Source: Felis catus (taxonomy: Eukaryota). From it: DNA of 64,000 nt. Where the stretch lies: contig NC_058368.1 of assembly GCF_018350175.1 (NCBI RefSeq), positions 143,098,001 through 143,162,000 of the forward strand. The letters run 5' to 3'. Below, one piece after another: positions 52,736 to 64,000 of the stretch (its first letter is position 1; the number at the start of each line of letters is the position of its first letter). The notes below the pieces were generated by a model. The model saw only the letters and a program-made list of their open reading frames with translations. It was not told the origin of the DNA and ran no database searches. The translations under genes and the position numbers were made by a program.

Positions 52736-53846
52736 ATCACCTAAAATCTAGGCCATGAGATACTTCTGCAGCTGATCTAATGATGTGATCAACCTGGAGC
52801 GGCCTTGACTTCTGTGCAACCAGAATTGACCACAAAGTCACCTAACTAACACTGACTGCAAAACCCACAACCTGCTGAACTAGTGTTTAGTCTTGGGGGA
52901 TGAGTTTTACAGGTTTACAGCTTATTTCACTAAGGAATTTAAGAGACGAATGGTCCTCCCAAGGTCTTTATAGTTATAAATAGTTCCTACTTAAATTTTA
53001 TTGACTGGAACTCTGCATAACAAGTGCACTGTCCTTGGATTATCTGAAGTTTTTAAGTTAAAAAAAATTGGAACTAAAACACACTGCATAAATATGATCT
53101 GCAAACAAAGTACCATTTGCAACCAAGTGATAGCAAGCACTGTAAACACCAACGGAGGCTGAAGGACAAAGTTCAAAAGGAGGAAATATAAAATATGCAG
53201 TTAAGAAGTACCCTAGCAGATATTCTAGAAACAAGGCAGTCAAGCTAGAGGGAAAAACTGTACCAGAAACATGAACAAGATCTCCACCTTCTGACTGGCG
53301 TACTGGACGACCAGACTGATCTCTGTAGCAACCCAGCAGGTGAAATCATCTGAGCCTCTTCCCTTTCTTTCCCTCATCCCCCTCGCAAAGGAACACCCCT
53401 GCAAGGGCCCCTATACATAGAAATGAAATGTCAAACAGTTAGTACAGTGTCCGTCACATGGCACAGATTCAACAAACACTCCTTTTTGTTCCACTTCACA
53501 CTGAGGTTGTTGAGAAATCATTTACTTCAAGAGCACCTGCTTTCTGGCCATGTTTTATGAAACAGTCATTCCATTTAAGGTGTAACAATCAAATAAGTCC
53601 TACACACAAGTCATGTAGATAAGAACTTACTATACATGCATATATAGTAGCATAGTAATAAAACATAGATAACAAGATAAAACCTTGACTTTTGGTGGAA
53701 AAAATACTCACAAAAGACATTTTCCTGTGGTACAGAAATGGGCTTAATTTTGCATCTATTAGGTACTCATTATCATCTTAATTTGGTGTTACTAGGAGAA
53801 AGCAGAGTACTATTTCTATCCCTGGGTAGATCTGATGCGAAAAGAA

Positions 53847-54069
53847 TTAAAAAAAAATTTTTTTTAATGTTTTATTTATTTTTAAGACAGAGAGAGACAA
53901 AGCATGAGTGGGGATGGGGCAGAGAGAGAGGGAGACACAGAATCTGAAGCAGGCTCCAGGCTCTGAGCTGTCAGCACAGAGCCCGACGCGGGGCTCGAAC
54001 TCACAAACTGTGAGATCATGACCTGGGCCGAAGTCGGACACTCAACCGACTGAGCCACCCGGGGGCCCC
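53847..54069 (-). mobile_element. Can-SINE
   Basis: TSD tgatg(c/t)gaaaagaatt. Confidence 0.92.
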
Positions 54070-54352
54070 TGATGTGAAAAGAATTGGCAAAAGTTGGTCA
54101 GAATTCACAGAATGGTGAGTTCTGAATGAGAGGTGTCTTCTGTTAGGTTATAAATGCTGACAATACTCATGACAGGATCTTCTGAAAGCCCTTAAAATTC
54201 ATTAAGGCAACCCCAACTTGTTTAGTGAAAAACGACAATGTCTCTGGCTAGCCTGACCTGCCTTAGATAGATAAAGACTGAGGGCAGCGCGCTCCCACTC
54301 TTTGCTGGCCCTGCTTTCTCAAAAAATATCCTCTCCTCCTCCAGATAAGCTC

Positions 54353-54366
54353 CTGCCACCTGCTGG
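54353..54366 (-). promoter_or_regulatory. CTCF core motif CCAGCAGGTGGCAG
   Basis: Exact fit to the CCASYAGRKGGCRS consensus, in apparently unique sequence. Binding cannot be shown from sequence. Confidence 0.5.
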
Positions 54367-55265
54367 AATGTGTTCTTTCATCCAAAGGATAGAAGGGACC
54401 TTAATGAGATCAGAGAATTGACCAGAAATAAACTGGGAGCTTGTGGCCTTTTCCTTATTCTAGTACAGATGCAATTTCTCTACCTGGGTCACCTGTTTTG
54501 GGTAAAAATAACTTCAAATGTTTCTTTTCTATCTAGTGAAGCAGAAATCACTAGGCAGTGCAGTGCTGATTTGAGTTTTGAGGTTTTTTTCTTGGATAAA
54601 ATTGTTAGCTATTTTACTAGGTAATATATGAACAACAAACCATTTCTTTAATTCAATAATGATGCTTACATTTCTGTGACATGTACATATCAATTTCCCA
54701 TAAAGAAAAACTGTTGTCAAAATGTAAGGTCCAATTTTAGGTTGGAAAAAATGTATTTCACAATCTAAAGTAGGGTGAATGATTCATCTGCTTCCATTCT
54801 AAAATTATCCTTTTCTAGTAGTTTAAAAAATATTCTCTCATTTGAAAATTATCTTCTCAACCAATACTTACTCTAGTACAGCATCCTACTTGAGAAAAAC
54901 AAAATTTTTAAACATGTCATTCTGAACTACTTCTTACCTGAAAGCTTCCTCAAGATTTTATATAAATTAATTTACCTTATGAATGATAAGGAAACAGAGC
55001 TAAACATGAAGAAGACAAAAATTCAAAGAAGACTATTCCAGGACTTCACGCACAGCTTATCGGGAATGGTAAAATCATTTGATACCCAATAAACGACACA
55101 ATTTCTTAAAAAACAAAACACTGCCACCAAACAAGTTTTGCCTCCGGCCAGTGTCCCTTCCAGAACAGACAGAAAACCAGGTCTGCAGGGAGAGAGCAGC
55201 TGAGATGCTCACTCCACAGTTAAACACAAACATGGAAGGCCAGAGCACACATGTGAGAGAATACA

Positions 55266-55271
55266 TTTAAT
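55266..55271 (-). terminator. Candidate HOMER1 distal poly(A) signal ATTAAA (AATAAA also at 55328-55333 and 56021-56026)
   Basis: tttaat on +. Minus strand downstream is GU-rich (tgtgtgctct...gttttgtgttt). Confidence 0.4.
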
Positions 55272-56870
55272 TTTAACAGGGCAGAAAAGGAGCTTTAAAA
55301 GGTGGTAGTTTAATTTCGAGTGTCCCTTTTATTTCCACTTGAAAAAAAAAAACCTGCAAGCTTTTCCTCTAATTGCTTCCCAGCAGTTAAATGAGAGCAA
55401 AACATGAAATCCATGACAGGGCTGCAGCTCTTCTGTGAGGACAAGGACGGATGTAACTTCATGAACTTTTTTTTAATCTGCAGAAAGAAAGGGAGAAAAG
55501 AGCGCGAGAGAAGGAGCGAGAGACAAAGAGGGAGAGAAGGAGAGAGAGGAGAAACAAAAACTAATTTTCCAGGCAGGGAGATACTCATAAAACCATTTAT
55601 GTCAAAGTTAGGATTTCACAACATAACACACTAAATGTGAAATCCAGTAGCACCTGTAGGAGTTGAGCAAATGCTGCCATCACTTAAATGCCTTTTAAAA
55701 AGTATCTGTAAAAGACTGAAGGAAAAAGAAGATAAAGTACATTCTCCAGAGAACAACAAATGTATTTCAAAATAAAAACTGTATTTTTGTTTTTCCTTTT
55801 TTTCAGTTGTTTTTTGTACAAGAATTCATAATTATCATATAGTAACTTATACACAATGGGATCGATCTCTGCTCTCCTTTTCTGTGTCACTTCAAGTCCA
55901 TGTTCAGGCTACAGTCCCCAGCATCATTTTCTGATAAATATATTACCACAGTTTGACCTAAATATAGATACATCATATAATACTTGTCTCTGGGAAAAAT
56001 CAAATTTTAATACGCAAACTTTTATTTCTATAATACAGAAATGGAGAAAACTACAGTAGGCACACAACCTAATTATGACTTGTAGATGACGATTTCTAGA
56101 TACTCTCCTACTGTAAATGAATACTGAAAACAGTCTTACTAAGAAGATTTTATTTATATGTGCACTTGTGTCCACCTTATCCCATATACTGTACACGTCT
56201 AAAGACAATCTGGGAATTTAAAGGTGCAGCCCTCAAGTTGTTAAATCCCTAAAAAAAGAAAAAAAAATTAGGCCTTATTGGACAAGGAAAAAACTCACAA
56301 AATTTCCAATTTTAAATTTCTTATCAGTAGGAAAATATTAAAAATAATTTTCTGTATATACATATGGGTATATGTATATATTGAATTACACACATGTCTC
56401 ACATATCAGTACAATTCAAGTGGAGACATTTTGGTGAGTTATTTTCCCATTAAATGACAACTATGTCAAAATTTAAAAATATCTTATTACATCATTAAAA
56501 TAATTCACTTACCATTTCAATAGCTTATACTGTTTTTTTTTTAATTTTTAACTCTTCATAACTAAATTCCCTGATCCCTAGTGTTAAATCCCCTATTTAA
56601 ATTAAAATCTGGATAAAATCACATCTACTTCAAAATTCCATCAATCAAATAATTTTATTACCTGATTTATCAGAGAAATATCTCAGCTCTGAGCTTGTGT
56701 ACCTAAATCATCCTCCCTATAATAAACAGGTGAGGAAAATATCCTAAAATAGATGGAGGTAACTTACATGATGTTATAGCACATATAATACATGATGATT
56801 AAGTGTCTGATATAAACTGTTCAGAGACACCTGAAAACTCACTTTAGAAACTAACTTTAGAAACAAACCA

Positions 56871-56876
56871 TTTATT
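56871..56876 (-). terminator. Candidate HOMER1 proximal poly(A) signal AATAAA
   Basis: tttatt on +. Minus strand continues into GU/U-rich tggtttgtttctaaagttagtttct. Confidence 0.5.
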
Positions 56877-58466
56877 TTTCACTCTAATATAAATTAATAT
56901 GTATGTATTTACATACATACACATACATATATAAAACAAAATTGTCTAGTGTTGCGTTGCTGCTTGTGAGTGAAAAAATGGTTACAAATCGATTAATTAG
57001 CTTAATTTTGTACTTAACAATTCAATTGTTTTGGGGTACAAACAAAGTCAGTGCATTCGTAGACTCCACAGAGTCAGATACTCAAGCATACACTTTAAAA
57101 AAGAACCCTCCTCAACATCACAGGCATTGTACAGCAAAGATATATGGACTCTGATGCATTCCTAACTCCATAAGCAGACTAGACAGCACTTGGCTCACTT
57201 TTAAAATAGCTTCTTCAAAGAAATATAGAAAGAAATGCATGTTTGCTAAAAGTCTTTTAAAATTACATCAAAACAACATTAAAACTTGTTCATTGAGAAG
57301 AGCCTGTTGAATTCTTGTTTTGAAATGCCTAGTTAACAGTTCAGAATATTGCCTTGTGAGGTTTGACTAGAGATGTGGTTGATGTGAAGACCCAGACAGA
57401 GTACACGGCTCCAACCCCCACAGTCCTCTGATTGGCTGTTTGATGGAAATGGATCCCCTTTAAAATTGCTATACACCTTAAAATGATCTATAATAAACAG
57501 TTCCCCAGTAACCATTATTATTTGTAAATTGAAATGCATTGATCATTCAGAAAAGATTTCTTGCAAAATATATAAATAAATGTAACTGCATATTCTGTAA
57601 ATATACTTAACATTGCTAGACCAGACCGTCAATGACGGGCTGCTGTATTTCAGTACTGTGTGTCAAATTTATTAGAAATTTAAAAAGAAAAATTTCTGAG
57701 GGACTCAGCTGCCTTCGTTAGTTGGCTTTAAAATGTGTAATAAAATGGGAGACAATATCTTCTCATAAATACATGGAATCAATGTGGAAAAGTAAACTAT
57801 ACAGCAGACAAGATTAAAGAACACCAGAGTGTACCAGAGTGGTCACCGAGTGAAATATCTTCCAGTATAAAAAAAGGGAAGAACTCTATACACCCAGTTC
57901 TAGTTAAGTATGTTTCAATTAAAGATACAGCTCTCTCTCACTCCTGGCAAGAATTAATTGGTAATGGCACTGCTTCTTAGCAGTGCAAAAATATCCTGAG
58001 AAATTATTCAGATTACAACAGAAGACAGGGCTTTCATCACTAAGTTTTTGCACAAAACACAGCTTTAGATATCATAAATAAATTAATTTAAGAAGCAGAT
58101 AACCTTCACTGTGTTGAACACAAAAAGGGGATGTGACCCAGACATTGTTAATTCTCCCATTGGCTAATATCAGAAAAAAAAGATTGCATTAAGTGTCTAT
58201 TTATAACTTTCTAGTTAACTATGGCCAATAATATACATGGAGGTAATTTGTAGTTCAAGTTTTCATCTCTTTTTTTTTCCCCAACTAGCTACAAGCTGAA
58301 TTCTAAAATTTACACTGAAATATACAATTCCAATTTTCAAAAGATCATCCTCCTGGAGGAGGAATGATATTCAATTTTTTTGTGCGATCTTGATGCAGAG
58401 CCCAAACAGTCCTATGAAGAGAGACAGTGTATTTTTTAATCAATTGGCACTGAAATTTAACTTTTC

Positions 58467-58655
58467 TTAGCTGCATTCTAGTAGCTTGGCCAAGTTATCT
58501 CGTAACTCTGTTAGTTCAAATATTTTTCCATCAAGAATTTCTAAGAGTGTCTTCAGGTTATTGCGAAAAGCTTCTTGTTCATTCTGACTTTTCTCCAGAC
58601 GTTGCTCTAAGTCAGACAGCTGTCCCTCCAGGTCTTTGTTCCGAATTTCTACTTC
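58467..58655 (-). CDS. HOMER1: HOMER1 last coding exon, long isoform coiled-coil/leucine zipper (EVEIRNKDLEGQLSDLEQRLEKSQNEQEAFRNNLKTLLEILDGKIFELTELRDNLAKLLECS*)
   Basis: Minus-strand acceptor cttttgtttctaaag|GAA, 62 codons plus TAA. Heptad Leu pattern, recognised Homer1b/c C-terminus. JMY-HOMER1 adjacency is known mammalian synteny. Confidence 0.96.
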   Translation of the reverse strand, partial: EVEIRNKDLEGQLSDLEQRLEKSQNEQEAFRNNLKTLLEILDGKIFELTELRDNLAKLLECS

Positions 58656-59588
58656 CTTTAGAAACAAAAGTGTGATATATATACACAGGTCAGTTCATGA
58701 CTTAGAAAGCAATATAACTTTTGTCATTACTAATATTCTGGTAGTTAATGCACGTGGACGAGTAGGAGGATGAGTTTCTGAATCTCAAGGTAGTACCATT
58801 TAAAGAGATTTTTAGAATTTTGCCATCTGAGAAATCCATGCGTTTTATGGACAGGCTTGTTCATGAATCCATCTATCCACCCGACAAAAACTTGCTGATT
58901 GCTTACTTTGTGCTAGGCAACCCTTCAGGCACTTCAAATACTTAGATAGGATTAAAGACCCATTTTGTGGATTAGCTACATCTCATGTCAATTTCTGCCT
59001 GCCTATTCTTATTGCACAATTGCGAACACACTCAGGTGAAAGCAAACAGAGAAAAAGACAAATTTTTTTCTCCTCATTGGCAATTCCTGAGAAAGACTGT
59101 GGGAAGACAACAACTTTCTAAAATGTGGTGTTAGGAACCTCTGAGCATGTTCATTATTCTTTGTTTTGCCTATCAAATGGATCGAGGTGGCAGAGCAAAC
59201 AGCTCAAGGGCTAAAAACTATAGTCAAGACGTGTAATAAGTATACATACGAGGGAATTAGAAAGCTGACATTCCAATATACTGCAAATCATGGAAAGAAG
59301 AGAAAACGACAAAAGGGAAGTAAAGGTACATGACAACATTTTTTTAAAAAAACAGAATGAAGTCCAGCATACTTAAAAATTAGAAGTTATTACTGCTCTA
59401 AAAATGTTCCTAAGCATAACAAATATAATAAGTGACTCTAAAAAACAAAAGGATATAGTGAGCTAGAGACTTAAATTTGGTTAAAAATTCTAAATGAGAA
59501 AAACGGCAGAAAACAGACTATTACACTTTAAATAAGCTATTCAGATAAGCAATTCATAGAAAGTTATATATTCTTTCTGGAAAGCTCA

Positions 59589-59803
59589 TTTTTTTTTTTT
59601 TTTTAAAGTAGGTTCTACACCCAGCGTGATGTCCAACACAGGACTTCAATTCACAACCCAGAGATCAAGAGTTGGAAAGCTTAACTGACTAAGCCACCTA
59701 GGTACCCCAGGAAACCTCACTTTTTAAATTTTTCAAATGTAATTTATTTTTGAGAAAGAGAACACAAGCAGGGGGGAGGGGGAGGGGGAGAGAGAGAGAG
59801 AGT

Positions 59804-59835
<32 letters not shown>

Positions 59836-60198
59836 AAGAGGGGGAGGGAGAGAAAGACACAGAATCCAAAGCAGGCTCCAGTCTGTGAGCTGTCAGCACA
59901 GAGCAGGGCTTGAATCCATGGACTGTGAGATCGTGGCCTGAGCCAAAGTCGAACACTTAACCAAGTGAGCCACCCAGGCGCCCCTTAAATTTTTTAAAAG
60001 TTTATTTATTTTTGAGAGACAGAGACAGAGCATAAGCAGGAGAGGGATAGAGAGAGAGGGCGATAAAGAATCTGAAGCAAGCTCCAGGCTCTGAGCTGTC
60101 AGCACAGAGCCCAACACAGGGCTCGATTCCACAAACTATGGGATCACTACCTGAGCTGAAGTCTGACGCTTAACCAACTGAGCCACCCAGGCGCCCCC
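59589..60198 (-). mobile_element. Cluster of three Can-SINEs in the HOMER1 intron
   Basis: Bodies end at ~59708, ~59984 and ~60198. Confidence 0.9.
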
Positions 60199-60857
60199 AG
60201 GAAAGCTCACTTTTACATCTGAGAGGAATTAAGTGATTGACACAAATTATATTTACATATATAAATTATATGGAACAAAGACAAAATTTTGGTGTTAATA
60301 ATACAATATGAATCAGCCCGAGAAACCATTATGTTTCAAGTGTTAATGCATCATTTAAGTGTAAATCTCTAAAAAAATTACAGCAAGTCTAAAGGGTGGC
60401 AGAACACTTTTTTTTTAATTTTTGAAAGAATCCGGTAAATGTTAAATGAAAAAAACAATACCAAGCAGCAGAGTGCAAATAGACAAAAATTGGTATGCAT
60501 GAGGACAAGCACTGGAAATTACTGTACATAATTGGAAATGGTTGCAGTTGTTAGGATTATGGGTATTTTTACTTTTTATATTTACTTCTCTTACAATACC
60601 TGTAAAAATTCAACTTTTGAGAAAAATAACTGGGAATTTGGCTTGAATACACAGAAGAAAGTAATCCTGATCTAGGATTCTGAACATAAATGTTCACTTG
60701 CTCTGAAAGAAATAACTAAGAGAAAGGCCTAAGCAAGAATGTCACAGAGGAGCTGCAAGAACCTGGGAAAATATAATAAAGTAATACAGCAGCTCAAATG
60801 AGTTATAAATGAAGAATTTAAGAAATCCCAATCTAATATTAAAGCATTTACTGATCA

Positions 60858-61078
60858 GCGGCACCTGGGTGGCTCAGTTGGTTAAGCGTCCGACTTTGGC
60901 TCAGGTCATGATCTCACGGTTTGTGGTTGGAGCCCGACGTTGGGCTCTGTGCCGACAGCTCAGAGCCTGAGTCTGCTTCAGATTCTGTGTCTCCCTGTCT
61001 CTCTGCCCCTCCCCTGCTCATGCTCTGTCTCTCTCTCAAAAATAAACAAACATTAAAAAAAAAGTTAAAAAAAAAAAA
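60858..61078 (+). mobile_element. Can-SINE
   Basis: TSD aaagcatttactg. Confidence 0.9.
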
Positions 61079-61942
61079 GCATTTACTGTTAGATATTTCC
61101 CAGTATGTTTCTAATCTTTTTCCTTTGAATAATCCACAAAGAGAAGATAAGTAAACTGAGAGCAGGATCTGAAACCAATAAAATACTTATAAATTCATAG
61201 GCACATTCATGGAGGCTCCAAACTATGAGGGAGAAAAAAGAGCCTGGGATCAAATGTAAAAATTCCACTCATGATTGCACAGTATGCTCTCTTGCTTGCT
61301 TAAACAATAAGCTTAAGAGTAGAATGTTTCCAACTATAAAAATAGACCAAATGTCATTCACTAGAAAACACCCACTTCACCAGGCACCACCCATTATGCC
61401 CTCTAAAACCTTCCTTAAAATGAAAGCCTTCTTTGTTCTCCTTGCCAATCAATGAAACATCCAAACATTTTCAATGGAAGCATGCAAAACACCAAATTTC
61501 CTCAGCTATTAAAATTGCACTGTTCTCTCTAGACAGAGTTTCATACTCTCAACCATTTCTCTGATTGGAGGAATTTTAGTAGGCAGGTAACAAAAGGGAT
61601 CCAATACAGTGCTGACAGTGCTGGTCTATTCTGAAGCAGAGAATATAATCCTAGAGCAAGAATGGCCAACGCTGTGCACATGGGCCAACACAGGCAATTG
61701 GAGCCCTGGTTTGTGGGCACTTCCCAGCAGTCCACCTTATGTCCATGTTTTCCAAGCCTCTTCTTGCCGTTTATTCTCACTCCTAACTTATCCTTCTACT
61801 TATAACCACTTGTGTGCTACTAATTTCCTCTTCTCCTTCCCTGACAGGTAACCACGTGCCAGGGGCATCCAGACCTGGTTCGGTCCTGATAAAGCAATGG
61901 AGGCCCTTCGAATGTTTTAAAGCGCAATAATTCAAAGTATAA

Positions 61943-62419
61943 AGGGGTGTCTGGGTGGCTCAGATGGTTAAGCATCCGGTCCTTGATTTCAGCTCAGGTT
62001 ATGATCTCATGGTTGGTGAGTTCGAACCCCATGTTGGGTTCGGTGCTGACAGTGCTTGAGGTTCTCTCTCTCCCTCTTTCTCTCTCCCTTAGCAATAAAT
62101 AAATATTAAAAAAAAAGTATAAAATCTTAATGGGTAGAAGGTCACTCTCTGTGTTAGATATAGAGCCTAAACACTAGAGTGATTAAAAAAATTTTTTTAC
62201 AGAGGCTCCTGGGTGACACAGTCGGTCAGGCATCTGACTTGCATCTCAGGTCATGATCTCACAGCTCATGGGTTCAAGCCCCACGCTGGGCTCTGTGCTG
62301 ACAGCTCAGAGCCTGGAGCCTGCTCCAGATTATGTGTCTCCCTCTCTCTCTCTCTGCCCCTCCCCTGCTCACACTCTTTCTCTCCCTCTCTCTCAAAAAT
62401 AAATAAACATTAAAAAAAA
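61943..62419 (+). mobile_element. Two Can-SINEs (61943-62116, 62202-62419)
   Basis: SINE consensus twice. Confidence 0.87.
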
Positions 62420-62655
62420 TTATACAATTATTACCATCATAAATGGGACGAGATCAGGTTCATTTTCTAACAGTTTAAATCCTGCATTTTTAATCTAAAT
62501 AAAAGTTACAGGAAAATTGTCTTGGATATCTGATTCACATCTTAAGCTGATATAAGTAAGATATACTGCCCTATTAGATCATCAACCTTCATATGTAACA
62601 AGACATATATAAATCATCAAAACAAGAACTAGTATTTCAACAGAAAAAAAGGGGC

Positions 62656-62656
<1 letters not shown>

Positions 62657-62698
<42 letters not shown>
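62657..62698. repeat. (AC)n microsatellite
   Basis: Read directly. Confidence 0.95.
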
Positions 62699-62701
<3 letters not shown>

Positions 62702-63275
62702 TTTTGAAGAAGAGCTATTTAACAATTATTTACTAAGCATCTTCTATGTACTAGAAATAGAGATAAAGCAGAGAATAAACAAAGATGGTTCTTGTTTGAA
62801 TGCAGCATGCAATCTAGATTGAGGATACTCGCAACAAAAAGCAAACAAAACAGACTTCCAGGAAGCTGAGGTAATGGTGACTGCATACACTGAAATCTCC
62901 TAACCATCCTCCCTAACTAAATAAATCAATGACAAGAATAAAACCACACAAACTTCACAACTTCAAAGTTACTAGAAGAAATAGAACAATACAAACTTCA
63001 ATTTCCAGCAAAGACATTTCCTAAGCTTTCTCTCTTACCTGTCTCCCAAAAAGTGAGTGGTTTTTAACTAAGAATTTGTAAACTACCCAAAACTGCCACT
63101 CAGTCCACCAAATACAAAGATGTGACATATCTTCATCTACGGAAACCATAGTAAGATGAAAACAGAAAATGAAACTCTAGACACTTCACTGAATGAAAAT
63201 ACAAGTCCCCACAAAAAACCAACTATGAAGCACAAGAAAACAGAAGACTCCACTGGAAATTAAATATCATCAAAC

Positions 63276-63620
63276 AGGGCACCTGGCTGGCTCAGTCAGA
63301 AGAGCATGGGACTCTTGGGCACAAAGGTAGCTCAGTCAGTTATGTGTCCAACTCTTGATTTCGGCTCAGGTCATGATCTCATGCTTTGTGAGTTTGAGGC
63401 CTAAGTTGGCCTCTGCGCCAACAGCGTTGAGCCTCTTTGGGATTCTCTCTCCCTCTCTCTGCCTCTTCCTGGCTTGTGCTTGTTCTCTTCCTCTCTCTCT
63501 CTCAAAATAAGTAAATAAACTTGAAAAAATATTTTTTTTTAAAAGGGAAAGACCATGGGATTCTTGATCTTAGGGTCATGAGTTTGAGCTTCATGTTGGG
63601 TGTAGACATTACACCCAAAA
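63276..63620 (+). mobile_element. Can-SINE nested in a short tRNA-like SINE
   Basis: catggga(c/t)tcttg duplicated around the inner copy. Confidence 0.8.
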
Positions 63621-63862
63621 TAAACTTTAAATACTGTCAAGCATTCAAAATAGAGCCTGAGTCAGATATTAAACACGAAAAACAGAAATGGGCCAAAAAA
63701 ACAAAAAACAAAAAAAAAAAATGAGTAGTGATTAAAGCTTGATAGAAACAGAAGAAAAAGGCAAAATCACATCAGAAACAAAGACTGAATTATAAAATAA
63801 AAAATACATTTGCAAAAAAAATAGTTTATTCAATTATTATTTTTCAACACTCAAGGGAATGT

Positions 63863-64000
63863 GGGGTGGCTGGGTGGTTCAAGTCAGTTAAGTGTCCGAC
63901 TTCAGCTCAGGTCATGATCTCACAGTTCATGAGCTCAAGCTCCAAGATTGGGATTTCCACTGTCAGCTTGGAGCCTGGAGCCTGCTTCATATCCTCTCTC
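63863..64000 (+). mobile_element. Can-SINE cut by the window edge
   Basis: SINE head and body. Confidence 0.85.

Larger units (their letters stand above)
55245..58466 (-). other. HOMER1: HOMER1 3' UTR (distal end uncertain)
   Basis: AT-rich, SINE-free stretch downstream of the stop with several poly(A) hexamers on the minus strand. Confidence 0.65.

Overview
Mammalian genomic DNA, almost certainly felid: it is dense in carnivore tRNA-derived Can-SINEs and carries cat-type L1 3' ends. It holds the 3' halves of two convergent genes. (1) JMY on the + strand: six coding exons (1315-1480, 2193-2380, 5345-5431, 11147-11242, 12600-13197, 15092-15399) splice in frame at GT-AG sites and encode the coiled-coil, polyproline and WH2-WH2-WH2-C-A C-terminus. 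A probable intron starts 3 nt after the stop, followed by a ~5.4 kb UTR-only last exon with no recognisable SINEs (~19824-25205). (2) HOMER1 on the - strand: the last coding exon of the long coiled-coil isoform (58655-58467), a multi-kb 3' UTR, and part of the last intron. The ~30 kb between them is intergenic and made largely of SINE, L1, L2, MaLR and MIR remnants. Nearly all other ORFs in the track come from repeats, antisense shadows or chance. I found no evidence of a novel protein-coding system. The best leads are post-transcriptional or structural: a possible short/long JMY 3' UTR switch, three miR-148/152 8mer sites, a G20 tract, a consensus CTCF motif, a palindromic microsatellite, SINE strand asymmetry and repeated insertions at one target site. 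Repeat boundaries and family names were assigned by eye and are approximate.
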